From an uncultured Gemmatimonadales bacterium (GTDB lineage Bacteria; Gemmatimonadota; Gemmatimonadetes; Gemmatimonadales; GWC2-71-9): DNA of 64,000 nucleotides. The notes under the pieces are model-generated. The model made no database searches. It was not told the DNA's origin and was given only the letters and a program-made list of their open reading frames with translations. Positions 1 through 9,333 of the stretch are shown here, one piece after another (positions within the stretch are counted from its first letter, which is position 1; the number at the start of each line of letters is the position of its first letter). The stretch is taken from the NCBI GenBank assembly GCA_963695555.1, contig CAVOGR010000001.1, positions 320,001 to 384,000 on the forward strand, written 5' to 3'. A program made the translations under genes and the position numbers.

Positions 1-259
1 AGGTATCGGTAAGGGTCGGGTCCTGAAGCACAATGAGCGCGATGCGGTCGCCGACTTGGAAGTCGCCGTTCGCCAACCGGTCCTGAAGCATCAACCGCTC
101 GGCTGGGTCGAGATTGGAACCTGATCGAGCGAGCAGATCTTCGAGTTCGGCCCGCGTTGTCTGGGCCCGCCGAGCGTCTGGATTGCCCTGAGCCTCCAAC
201 GCAACGCTGAAGCCGGTCAGCAGGACGAGGGCCACCAAGGTCACCTTCGCAACTTGCAT
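1..259 (-). CDS. Polysaccharide export (Wza/Poly_export-like) protein; only the 5' part is in the window
   Basis: Manual translation from ATG 259 gives MQVAKVTLVALVLLTGFSVALEAQ (signal peptide) ... GDFQVGDRIALIVLQDPTLTDT, resembling the 'L.PGD.I.I.V' Poly_export start. GAGGTG RBS upstream; wzc is nearby. Confidence 0.65.
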   Translation of the reverse strand, partial: MQVAKVTLVALVLLTGFSVALEAQGNPDARRAQTTRAELEDLLARSGSNLDPAERLMLQDRLANGDFQVGDRIALIVLQDPTLTDT

Positions 260-381
260 TACTTCACACCTCATCCGGGGGCTGGTATCGGGGCCGAGCA
301 GGCGCTGGCACCGATCTCAATCGAGTGAAGATCCACCACAGGGCCAGCCGCCCACCCATAACGCCAATTAGGGGTATGAGC

Positions 382-397
382 TGCAAAATACCTGCCA
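382..397 (-). promoter_or_regulatory. sigma54 (-24/-12) promoter of the wza-like gene
   Basis: Minus strand TGGCAGGTATTTTGCA has exact GG-N10-GC spacing and is close to the TGGCAC-N5-TTGCW consensus. Confidence 0.7.
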
Positions 398-463
398 GAC
401 GCAACTTCGGAAGGCCCTGCGCGGCATGAGACGGTCGTGACACGGCCACGATCGAGGCCCGGA

Positions 464-682
464 TCAGTGTGCCGGCCGTCTCCAGTCCGGGGAGAACAAT
501 GGCGCAGGGGTCTCTCCCAAACCGAAGCTCCGGAGCCGGGCCAGGAAGCCGGTACGAGCATCATTGGCGCACCCATATTCGATAGGCTCGCCGCACCGGT
601 CGCACCGAATGTCGGGGGCCACGGGATCGGGCTCGTCGGAGGGCTGTCCGCCATTGGATGTATCACATTGGAGACAGAGCAT
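464..682 (-). CDS. Small putative zinc-ribbon protein (72 aa; alternative GTG start at 724)
   Basis: MLCLQCDT...IRCDRCGEPI contains two CxxC pairs. A sigma54-like motif lies upstream. The RBS is weak. Confidence 0.4.
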   Translation of the reverse strand: MLCLQCDTSNGGQPSDEPDPVAPDIRCDRCGEPIEYGCANDARTGFLARLRSFGLGETPAPLFSPDWRRPAH

Positions 683-741
683 GAGGGCTACCTGCGCTGG
701 GGACCGTTGGCTCGGGTCGAGCACTCCTGTCCATACTCATC

Positions 742-757
742 ATCAAAAGCGTTGCCG
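742..757 (-). promoter_or_regulatory. Possible variant sigma54 promoter
   Basis: Minus strand CGGCAACGCTTTTGAT is GG-N10-GA, so the -12 element deviates. Confidence 0.3.
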
Positions 758-806
758 TTCTCGCGGTCCGGCAGACCAGGGACTGCGCAGGGCGATGAAT
801 TGACGC

Positions 807-831
807 TAAGTTACTGTCAAATAGCAGATTA
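807..831. promoter_or_regulatory. AT-rich TAA-N19-TTA element (IHF-like), copy 1
   Basis: TAAGTTACTGTCAAATAGCAGATTA; one of six similar intergenic elements. Confidence 0.45.
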
Positions 832-1021
832 CTGAGGTTCCCATCCTCGACGTCGCCCCCGGCTCGAGAGGGCGATGTGGCTGCGGAGCCACATCAGCTC
901 GGCTCATCTCCGCCACATGATGCCCTTGCGAACCCGACATCCGAGCTGTGGACTGCCCCGGTCTTTCTGTTGCGGTGCCGCATCGCCCCGCGCCACTGGA
1001 CATCTTGCGCCCAACCCCGCA

Positions 1022-1046
1022 TAAGTTCTTCCTTGGAATGCGATTA
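1022..1046. promoter_or_regulatory. AT-rich TAA-N19-TTA element, copy 2
   Basis: TAAGTTCTTCCTTGGAATGCGATTA. Confidence 0.4.
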
Positions 1047-1114
1047 CCTGGCAGCTACGGCCACCGCGGTCGGTCGCCACGGGATCGCACGACTCCTGCA
1101 CGGTGAAGCCAGCC

Positions 1115-2116
1115 ATGACCTACGATGACAACGCCGGAGCCAGGGCGATCGACCTGCCCGCCCAGCGTCCGCCTCGTGAGACGACCGAGACGCGCCCGCC
1201 ACTTGTACTGATCGCTAACGACCAGGAATGGTCCTCCCGATCGCTCGAGAGCATCCTCGCCCCGGAAGGGTATGCGGTGCTCCGCGCCTATACCGGGCTC
1301 CAGGCACTCGAGCGGGCCCGCACGGCTCAGCCCGATCTGGTGATCATCGAGGCGCAGCTGCCCGATATCTCAGGCTTCGAGGTCTGCCGGACCCTGCGCG
1401 ACGACCCCAGGTTCTGCGCCACGATCCCGGTGATCATCACCACCGCCGGTCCGTCCGGACGCGCTCAGCGGCTCGAGGCCCACCGCGCGGGCGCTTGGGA
1501 GTTCCTTGGCCAGCCGCTGGATGGTGAGTCGCTGCTCCTGAAACTGCACACGTTCCTCCAGGCGAAGCGCGAGGTCGACATTCTGCGCGACCAGAGCTTG
1601 TTGGATCATGATACGGGCCTCTACAACATGCGCGGTCTGGCCCATCGGGCTCGTGAGATCGGATCTGAAGCGTATCGTCACCACCACCCGTTAGCCTGTG
1701 TGGTGTTCTCACCCGAGCCGGCCTACCCCAAGGAGCACGAGGGGACTGAGGACTACGCCGCGGTGGTGGCGGAGGCCGTCGGAAATGTCATGCGTGAACG
1801 CGGTCGGACGTCCGATGCGATCGGCCGGCTTGGGCCAAGGGAGTTTGCGGTGATTGCTCCGGCGACCGACTCGGAGGGCGTGCTTCGGCTGGTCGATCGT
1901 TTGGGTGAGATCATCGAGGCCGCGCCCTTACCTGCGCAGGAGTTGGTCCGCATTCGTCTGCGAGCCGGCTATTCGGTTGTGCCCGACTTTGCGGAGGCCG
2001 CGCTCGACCCGGTGGAGCTCCTCCTTCGGGCCACGACTGCCCTCCGCCGGGTCCTGGGTGAGCCGGAGACTGCCGCTGGACGTGTGGTGCGGGCGTTCGA
2101 AGGCCCTGTCTACTAG
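1115..2116 (+). CDS. Pseudo-receiver + degenerate GGDEF protein (putative c-di-GMP effector)
   Basis: REC-like N-terminus with altered key residues (LIANDQE, PDLVIIEAQLP, FLGQP). GGDEF fold (D..TGLYN) with GPREF signature and an RTSD I-site. Confidence 0.85.
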   Translation: MTYDDNAGARAIDLPAQRPPRETTETRPPLVLIANDQEWSSRSLESILAPEGYAVLRAYTGLQALERARTAQPDLVIIEAQLPDISGFEVCRTLRDDPRFCATIPVIITTAGPSGRAQRLEAHRAGAWEFLGQPLDGESLLLKLHTFLQAKREVDILRDQSLLDHDTGLYNMRGLAHRAREIGSEAYRHHHPLACVVFSPEPAYPKEHEGTEDYAAVVAEAVGNVMRERGRTSDAIGRLGPREFAVIAPATDSEGVLRLVDRLGEIIEAAPLPAQELVRIRLRAGYSVVPDFAEAALDPVELLLRATTALRRVLGEPETAAGRVVRAFEGPVY

Positions 2117-2132
2117 GATCACACCGAACCGA

Positions 2133-2175
2133 GCAACGCAAAGGCCCTCCCGCTCCGGGAGGGCCTTTGCGTTGC
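2133..2175. terminator. Bidirectional hairpin terminator between convergent genes
   Basis: Perfect 19-bp stem GCAACGCAAAGGCCCTCCC / GGGAGGGCCTTTGCGTTGC with a 5-nt loop. Confidence 0.8.
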
Positions 2176-2198
2176 GGCCTCGGTCTCATCGACCCGGC

Positions 2199-4613
2199 TC
2201 ACGGATCATAGCCGGTACTTTCGTCAGTGCCGTTTCCATGGCCCATCGGCAATTGACCGACTACCTCGTCGTCCGCGGTGTAGCCGTAAACGTACGAGTA
2301 GTACCGGTAGGTGCCGTGCTGCGTCTGGATGTCGTTGAGGACCGCGCCGAGCATCCGGATCGGGAGGCGGTCCATCAGGCGCAGCTTAGCCTCCGCCATC
2401 TGGCGATCGGTTTCGCCGGAGCGGAGGACCAGGAGCATGTGTCCCGTGGCGGTCCCGAGCACGAAGGGGTCGATGCCGGCGCCCAAGGGCGGGCTGTCCA
2501 CCACGATGGCGTTGAAGCGTGATTTCACTTCGGCCATGAGTTCCGTCATCGGTGGTGAGCCCAACATCTCGGGGCCTCGGTGGCGCCGGGTCCCACATGG
2601 AAGCACGGTGAGGCCGCGGTGCGTCGTCGGCTTCAGCACCTCGTCCAGCGTGGCTTCCTGGGTCAGGAAGTCCAACAGGCCGGGCTGGCGGTTGAGGCCG
2701 AACATGCGATGCAGCTCGCCCCGCCGAATGTCGCCGTCGAGCAACAGGGTCTTATAGCCGGCCTCGGCAAACGACAAGGCGAGGTTGGCTGAGACGAGCG
2801 ACTTACCGTCCCCGGGGCCGGGACTCGATACTGTGAGCAAGACCGGCCCTGCCGCGCCGTAGGAGTGAGCCAGGTTGAGCCGGATGGTCCGGAACGCCTC
2901 CACCACCTGAGACGCCTCTTCGGTGTCCCGCTTGCCCACCTTCACCTTTCGGATGGCGGGGATCGCACCCAGAATGGTCAGCCCCAGGTCGCGGGTCACT
3001 TGGTCGGGATAACGCACGCGCCGGTCCAAGCGGTCGAGGATGAGAGCGAGGAGAATGCCTGCCCCGAGGCTCCCGAGAAATCCGAGGAGCCAGATCTGCG
3101 GCGCCGTGTTGCTGGTTGGGCGAGCCCGTCCCGCCGCATCGAGCAGGCTCACATCCGGGATCGTGCTGGCGAGGGCGAACTTGGTCTGCTCGTAGTTGTT
3201 TTGCAGTTGCTGAAACAAGACTTCCGCCGAGTTCTTCTCACGCGTGAGCCGCTGCTCGGTGATTGTCCGGCTGGGGATCTGCTGCAGCTCACGGGATGCC
3301 GTTCCTAGTTGCTCTTCGAGGGCCTGTTCCTGGATACCGATCTCGGCGATGAGCCCCTGCGCCAATTGCGGGATCGTCCGGGTACGTAGCGACTGGATCT
3401 TCTGCTTCCGATCCTGCACTAATCGGTGGTCCTCGGTGTAGACGAAGAGGTCGGTGCGAAGCTGCGCCTCCTCGGCCGCCAATTGCTGGAGGGCACTGCT
3501 CAGCTCGGGTGACGTCTGGACCTTCGGGATTGCCTGGAAGGCTTCAATGGTGGTCGAGGTCGTGGCTGTACGGGCGAGGGCGCCCTCGAGGGCTCTCCGG
3601 TCCTGTTGGAGCGCGTCCAGCGCCAGCCGTTGCTGGAAGTAGTTGGTCATGACGGTCGGCTGGGTCGACGCGAGGCCAGCGGCCACCGGGACGCCTTCAT
3701 TCGGCAGTGTGATGGTCCGGACCCGGAAATTCTCGAGGGCGTTCTCCTTTTGCCGGAGATCGGCTCCTGCCAGATCGACCTGCTCTTCCAGTGCATCGAG
3801 CTGTGCCGTCAGCTTCCTGGTCTTCTGCTCGGCCGCGACCGAGACGAACTGATCGACCACCGCATTGAGCGTCGTGGTAACCTGCTGGGGATCCTTACCC
3901 GTGTACGAAATGGTGAGGAAGTTCCCGCCTCCCGTGAGGCGAGGTGCCAAATGCGGTACGATCGCGGCCGCGGCCGCGCGCACGGTCGTGACGCTGAATG
4001 AGATGGTCCGGCCATCCTTTAGTACCGCTGGAGCGGGGGTCCAAACAAACCCGACGGACCTGCCGATCGAGTCACCCGGTGTCCCGGTTTCCACCGCGGT
4101 GGCTCCGCTCCGGAGAACGTACTGCCGTCCGTCCGGGGTCAGCGTGAGCGCGTACTCCCCGGGAGTGTACGGCTCGCGCAAGTCGAAGGTCTCGAAGACG
4201 GCCGAATCGGCCGGCGCGGTCTTGAGGTAGAGCTTGGCCTTGAGCGCTGCCGAGTCGAGCACAACCCACGTGTTGAGAAGTTCGGACCACGCCTCCTCAT
4301 CCAGCAGCTCGCGCGCCCGGATCGGGCCGCGCTGTCCCGGATTGGGCTCAATCCAAATCTTTGCGGTGGTTGAATAGTCCGGTCTGATGAATCGGCTTCC
4401 GAACACGCCGCCTACGGTGCCGAGCACGGTCAGGCCGAGGATCATCCACTTGTAGCGCCGAAGTGCCGCGAGGTACCGGCCCCAATCGATGCCGAACTCC
4501 TCCTCGGCGTAGGGTGCTGGTGGCGCGAGGGTGGCCTGGACAGTCGGCGCAACCTCCGGGACCCCGATTGGGCGCCCGATATCGGGGAGATTGGGGTTGG
4601 GGCTGTCAGCCAT
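2199..4613 (-). CDS. wzc: Polysaccharide co-polymerase / BY-kinase (Wzc/GumC family)
   Basis: Two TM segments flank a coiled-coil periplasmic region. Walker A SSPGPGDGKS, A' LLLDGDIRRG, B IVVDSPP. C-terminal Tyr cluster TYRYYSYVYGY. Confidence 0.92.
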   Translation of the reverse strand: MADSPNPNLPDIGRPIGVPEVAPTVQATLAPPAPYAEEEFGIDWGRYLAALRRYKWMILGLTVLGTVGGVFGSRFIRPDYSTTAKIWIEPNPGQRGPIRARELLDEEAWSELLNTWVVLDSAALKAKLYLKTAPADSAVFETFDLREPYTPGEYALTLTPDGRQYVLRSGATAVETGTPGDSIGRSVGFVWTPAPAVLKDGRTISFSVTTVRAAAAAIVPHLAPRLTGGGNFLTISYTGKDPQQVTTTLNAVVDQFVSVAAEQKTRKLTAQLDALEEQVDLAGADLRQKENALENFRVRTITLPNEGVPVAAGLASTQPTVMTNYFQQRLALDALQQDRRALEGALARTATTSTTIEAFQAIPKVQTSPELSSALQQLAAEEAQLRTDLFVYTEDHRLVQDRKQKIQSLRTRTIPQLAQGLIAEIGIQEQALEEQLGTASRELQQIPSRTITEQRLTREKNSAEVLFQQLQNNYEQTKFALASTIPDVSLLDAAGRARPTSNTAPQIWLLGFLGSLGAGILLALILDRLDRRVRYPDQVTRDLGLTILGAIPAIRKVKVGKRDTEEASQVVEAFRTIRLNLAHSYGAAGPVLLTVSSPGPGDGKSLVSANLALSFAEAGYKTLLLDGDIRRGELHRMFGLNRQPGLLDFLTQEATLDEVLKPTTHRGLTVLPCGTRRHRGPEMLGSPPMTELMAEVKSRFNAIVVDSPPLGAGIDPFVLGTATGHMLLVLRSGETDRQMAEAKLRLMDRLPIRMLGAVLNDIQTQHGTYRYYSYVYGYTADDEVVGQLPMGHGNGTDESTGYDP

Positions 4614-4689
4614 CCAGTGAACTCCGAGCGATGTGCGGGCTCGAGCGGCCCAGATGCCGCCCTAATCATGGAAAGTTATGTTCCCCTTC

Positions 4690-4705
4690 AGCAAAAGGAA
4701 TACCG
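4690..4705 (-). promoter_or_regulatory. sigma54 promoter of wzc
   Basis: Minus strand CGGTATTCCTTTTGCT, GG-N10-GC, about 77 bp upstream of the ATG. Confidence 0.6.
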
Positions 4706-4950
4706 CGCGGGGCTCCCACGCCCCTCGAATCGCCCATTAGGCGGCCTAGTCGACCAGCGCTACATTTGATTGTGATTGTTGTCACAGCACGACAGTACTG
4801 TTGCCCCTACCATGCAGGAGATCGTTGCGCCGGCCACACGAAATTGCCTGCCCAGCGCGGCAGGGCTGTCGTGTCAGCGAGACTGAGCGCCGCAGCGATC
4901 GGGGCTGGCAACTTGAACGTATCATGCTGGATAACAAGGAGTTACGAAGG

Positions 4951-6465
4951 ATGGAACGCTCAATCGCCGATTCCTCGACCCCCTCGGGCGCTTCAGCGCC
5001 GTCCGATCCGTTCTCGATCCCGGCCGAGGTGAAGGCGGGCATCAGGATCCTCGTCGTGGATGACGAGCGGACGCTCAGAGAAAGCTGCTCGACCGTGCTC
5101 CAGATGGAGGGGTACAACGTTACGACCATCGGGCGGGGATCTGAGGCGCTCGATACGGTCAAGCGCCGCCAGTTCGACATTATCTTGGTCGACCTCTATA
5201 TGTCTCAGGTGTCCGGGATGGACATCCTCAGCGCCGCGCTCAAGGCCCACAAGGACACAATCGTCGTCGTCATGACCGGGAATCCCAGCGTCACGAGCAG
5301 CATCGAGGCGCTGCGGGCCGGGGCGTGGGATTACCTGCCGAAGCCGTTCTCGGCCACCCATCTACAGGTTTTGATCGGGCGGGCCTCCCACGCCGTCATG
5401 GTGGCCCGTGAGACCAACGAACTCCGAACGCAGCTGAAGCAGCAGCATGGGCACAGTGAGAAGTTCACCTTGATCGGAATCTCGGCGCCGTTCCGGCAGG
5501 CTGTGGAACTGGCACGAAAAGTTGCCGGCACCGACGCCTCGGTCTTGATCTCCGGGGAAAGCGGCACCGGGAAGGAAGTGATCGCTCAGTATATCCATCA
5601 CAACAGCAGGCGGTCGAGCCGAACCATCGTGCCGATCAACTGTGCCGCCTTGCCGGAACCCTTGCTCGAGTCGGAGATGTTCGGCCACCGGAAGGGGTCC
5701 TTCACGGGCGCTGACCGGGATAAGGCCGGGTTGCTCGAGATGGCGAGCGGCGGCACGCTGTTCTTGGACGAACTGACGGAGATGTCCCTCCCGCTCCAAG
5801 CCAAGCTACTCCGGGTCATCCAAGACGGCGTGGTGCGACGGGTCGGGAGCGAGCAGCAAGATGCCGTCGTTGACGTGCGGTTCATCTCCGCGACCAATCG
5901 AGATCCCCAGGAGGCCGTGGCCTCCGGCGCTTTGCGCGAGGATCTCTACTACCGCTTGCGAGTGGTCCCGATCAAGCTCCCGCCCCTGCGGAAGCGTCTC
6001 GAAGACATTCCACTGCTGGCCAATCACTTCCTCACCTATTATTGGCAGCGGCATCGCCAGATGGGAGATCGTGTTCCTCGGCTCAGCGAGGGCAGCATTT
6101 CCTTCCTGCGGTCCCGCCCTTGGCGGGGGAACGTGCGCGAGCTCCAAAACGTGATCGAGCATGTTGCGGTCTTGGCGGAACCGGATCAGGCCATTGAGCC
6201 CAAGGACATCCCCATTTACGACGATGGCGGGGACTGGTCGCCCGAGAGCGGGACGGCGCTTGTGAGTATGGACGAAGCCTTCCATCTTGCCAAAGAGCGC
6301 ATCATCAGCCAGTTCGAGCGGGAATATCTGTCACGTCTGGTAGGTCGTGCGGGAGGCAACATGTCCAAGGCGGCGCGACTGGCCGGCATCGATAGGACCA
6401 CGCTGTATCGTCTCATGGACAAGCACAGCTTCCAGCGCAACGCAGCGTCGGATTCCGATGCGTGA
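4951..6465 (+). CDS. sigma54-dependent response regulator (NtrC/AtoC family; REC-AAA+-Fis HTH)
   Basis: Intact REC (VVDDE, ILVDLYM, MTG, LPKPF). Walker A GESGTGKE, ESEMFGH, GSFTGA loop, LFLDE, WRGNVREL. HTH AARLAGIDRTTLYR. AAGGAG RBS before ATG 4951 (alternative start 4924). Confidence 0.95.
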   Translation: MERSIADSSTPSGASAPSDPFSIPAEVKAGIRILVVDDERTLRESCSTVLQMEGYNVTTIGRGSEALDTVKRRQFDIILVDLYMSQVSGMDILSAALKAHKDTIVVVMTGNPSVTSSIEALRAGAWDYLPKPFSATHLQVLIGRASHAVMVARETNELRTQLKQQHGHSEKFTLIGISAPFRQAVELARKVAGTDASVLISGESGTGKEVIAQYIHHNSRRSSRTIVPINCAALPEPLLESEMFGHRKGSFTGADRDKAGLLEMASGGTLFLDELTEMSLPLQAKLLRVIQDGVVRRVGSEQQDAVVDVRFISATNRDPQEAVASGALREDLYYRLRVVPIKLPPLRKRLEDIPLLANHFLTYYWQRHRQMGDRVPRLSEGSISFLRSRPWRGNVRELQNVIEHVAVLAEPDQAIEPKDIPIYDDGGDWSPESGTALVSMDEAFHLAKERIISQFEREYLSRLVGRAGGNMSKAARLAGIDRTTLYRLMDKHSFQRNAASDSDA

Positions 6466-7631
6466 TCCCTGACCAGCCCGTGACCGGTCATATCACGGAT
6501 GACCGACGGCGGGGCTCGGGGCGCCGCGTCCAGCCGCCCGACACCCAGAAGGTGCGGGAGGCGGGTGAAATCTGCCCGGAACTCTGGAGCGCCCTGGAGC
6601 TTGCGGGGGACGAAGTCCGGCACGAGTGGCAGGTGCTCTCGCGAGACGCGGTGTCGGCCGAGGAAGTCGGCGGGCACATCACCGCGTTGCTGGCCGCCGT
6701 GCGCGCTCTGGTCGAAGGCTCTGAGACTACCGCGCCATCACTTCCCAAGACTCCCCTGGCCCGGCGGGTCCTGCAGCTCCTCCGCCGCCGACTACTCGCA
6801 CTCGTCGCCGGCCTCGAGCCGATTCCCGATGCGAGTCAGATCCTCGGGCTCCTCCGGGGCATCGAGACGCTCCAGACGCGGATCGAGGCCGACTGGTCCC
6901 AGCATTTGGCAGAGCGGTTGGCCGGGCCGGACGGGCTCGAGTTGGTCGTCGAGGTCGCGCACGATCTGCGCTCTCCGCTCACGTCCATTCTGTTTCTGGC
7001 CGAGACGCTGCAGCGGGGTCGCAGCGGGAGTGTCTCCGAGATTCAGGAGCGGCAGCTCGGGCTGATCTACAGCGCGGCATTCGGATTGAGCGCCATGGCG
7101 AGCGATGTGATGGAGCTGGCCCGCGGCGGCGACCGCCTGGTCGACCTGGACCCCATTCCGTTCTCGATTGCGGATATTCTCGAGTCCGTGCGGGACATCG
7201 TCCAGCCCATCGCGGAGGAGAAAGGATTAACGGTCCGCGTCGCATCGCCCGACGATGACTTTCGGGTCGGCCATCCGGTGGCCCTGAGCCGGGTCCTGCT
7301 CAACCTGACGACCAATGCGCTCAAGTTCACTGACGAAGGATTCGTCGAGGTGCACGCCGTCGCCCGCGACGACACCACGGTCGAATATTCGGTGCGCGAC
7401 ACGGGCCGCGGCATCCCACCCCATGCCATGCGTACCCTCTTCGAGCCGTTCCGCCGCCGCCAGCAGCCCGGCAACTACGCCTTCTCCGGCTCCGGCCTGG
7501 GTCTCTCGATTTGCCGCAAGCTCGTTGAGGCCATGGGGTCCGAGCTGCTGGTCGATACGGTCCTCGGGGAGGGCACTCGGTTCTATTTCAGCCTCGTGCT
7601 TCCCCATGCCGAGCACGCGCCTCCGGCCTAG
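6462..7631 (+). CDS. Cytoplasmic sensor histidine kinase (HisKA + HATPase)
   Basis: H-box AHDLRSPL, N-box NLTTNALKF, G1 DTGRGI, G2 GSGLGL. No TM segment. 4-bp overlap with the regulator. Confidence 0.92.
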   Translation: MIPDQPVTGHITDDRRRGSGRRVQPPDTQKVREAGEICPELWSALELAGDEVRHEWQVLSRDAVSAEEVGGHITALLAAVRALVEGSETTAPSLPKTPLARRVLQLLRRRLLALVAGLEPIPDASQILGLLRGIETLQTRIEADWSQHLAERLAGPDGLELVVEVAHDLRSPLTSILFLAETLQRGRSGSVSEIQERQLGLIYSAAFGLSAMASDVMELARGGDRLVDLDPIPFSIADILESVRDIVQPIAEEKGLTVRVASPDDDFRVGHPVALSRVLLNLTTNALKFTDEGFVEVHAVARDDTTVEYSVRDTGRGIPPHAMRTLFEPFRRRQQPGNYAFSGSGLGLSICRKLVEAMGSELLVDTVLGEGTRFYFSLVLPHAEHAPPA

Positions 7632-7703
7632 ATCGGTGCCGGACCCCCGGCACCGCGGCCCCGGCTACCCGCGCAGCCCTTTTGCTCCCTATATTGCTAG
7701 GCT

Positions 7704-9295
7704 GTGACCAGGACATTGAGGGGGATATTGGGCGCTCACCACCTAGCCAGCCTATTCGAGGAACTCGTCTCCCGGCACCCCGATCGCGACCTAGCGGTCT
7801 TTGGCGACCGGCGATTGACCTTCGGTCAAGCCCACACGCGGGTCAACGCCCTCGCCGGTTCGTTCTCGGATCTCGGGGTGGCGCCCGGTGACCGGATCGC
7901 GGTGCAGCTGCCCAACTGGCCGGAGTGGATCCTCACCCTCCTCGCCGCCGCCCGGCTGGATGCGACCCTGGTCCCGCTCGACCCGTCGCAGGGCTTTCAC
8001 GACCTCCAGTACCAGCTTCGGCACAGTGACGCGAGGGCCGTCGTGATACCTGCCGCCTTTGGCGGGGTCGACTACCTCGAGGTGTTCGACGAACTGTTGG
8101 ATCGCTTGCCGGCCCTCCGCTGCCTGGCGGTGGTGGGGGCGGAGCTTTGGACCGACGATCGGATTTATCGATTCGACGAGCTCACGCGGAAGGGTCGGGC
8201 TTCGGCACTCGCCGCGCCGCTCGGCGATCCGGCCGAGACGCCGTTGGCCGTCTTCTACACCTCCGGAACGACGGGAAAGCCGAAGGGCGTGGTGTTGTCA
8301 CACCGGAACATCATCGATAATGCCATGCAGACGGGACGGGCGTTGGGCATGGGAGATGGGGAGCGAGTCTTGGCCGCCCTGCCATTCTTCCATTCGTTCG
8401 GCGCTTCGGTCTTGGTCGGTGCCGTTGCTCACGGGGCCACGGTGGTGCTGCAAGAGCGGTTCGAGGCGGCCGCCGCCCTCGACCTCCTCGAACGCGAGCG
8501 CGTCACCTTTCTGCACGGCGTCCCGACCATGTTCCAGCTGCTCATGCGGGAGCCGACCTTCCCCTCGCGCGACCTCTCGGCGCTTCGGGGCGGTGTCGTT
8601 GGCGGCAGCCCGGTTCCTGCGGATCTGGTCCGTCGGATCCGGGCTTGGTGCAACGTCGAGATCGCCTACGGCCTCACGGAGACCGGTCCGACCGTGAGCC
8701 TCACGCGCCCGGACGATCCGGAACAGAAGCGGAGTTCTACAGTTGGGCGGCCGCTGCCGGATGTCCTGGTGCGGGTCGCTGACATGACGAGCGGGGCGCT
8801 TCACGACGGGGAATCGGTCGGCGAACTCGCTGTCACCGGCCCCAACGTGATGCTCGGCTACCTCCGCATGCCGGGAGAGACCAAGAAGGCCTTCACGCCG
8901 GACGGATTCCTCCTCACGGGCGACCTCGCCTCGCTCGATGAAGACGGGTTCATCCACCTGCTCGGCCGACGGACGGAGCTGGTGTTCCGGGGCGGGCACG
9001 GCGTCCCCCCGCGGGAGGTCGAGGATATCCTCCAGCTGCACCAAGGGGTGGGCGATGCCTGTGTCGTGGGTATTCCCCACGAGGTGCTGGGGGAACTGAT
9101 CTGTGCGTGTATCCTCCCCATTGAGGGCGCCGTCATGACCGCCGACGAACTCAAAGACTTTTGTCGCGAATATCTCGCAGACCACAAGATCCCAGATCTG
9201 GTGCGTTTTTCGACGCCTTCCCCACGAGTGGGGGCGGCACCGTCCAACGCCAAGAACTCGCCCAGATCGTCAGCTTGGAGCTCAGCACGACGTGA
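7704..9295 (+). CDS. AMP-binding acyl-CoA synthetase/ligase with an apparent 1-nt deletion frameshift near the 3' end
   Basis: [18 protein letters not shown] and TGDL motifs. One extra T in the T5 run at 9206-9210 restores a typical C-terminus ([31 protein letters not shown], stop at 9293-9295). Confidence 0.85.
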
Positions 9296-9333
9296 CGCAA
9301 CCTACTGCTCGACCAGTCCGGGGTACCGTCCCG

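Noticed and set aside
1086..1101. sigma54-like TCGCACGACTCCTGCA before the REC-GGDEF gene (similar near-misses at about 18792 and 36304)
   Set aside because: The invariant GG or GC dinucleotide is missing, and the first is too close to the start codon.
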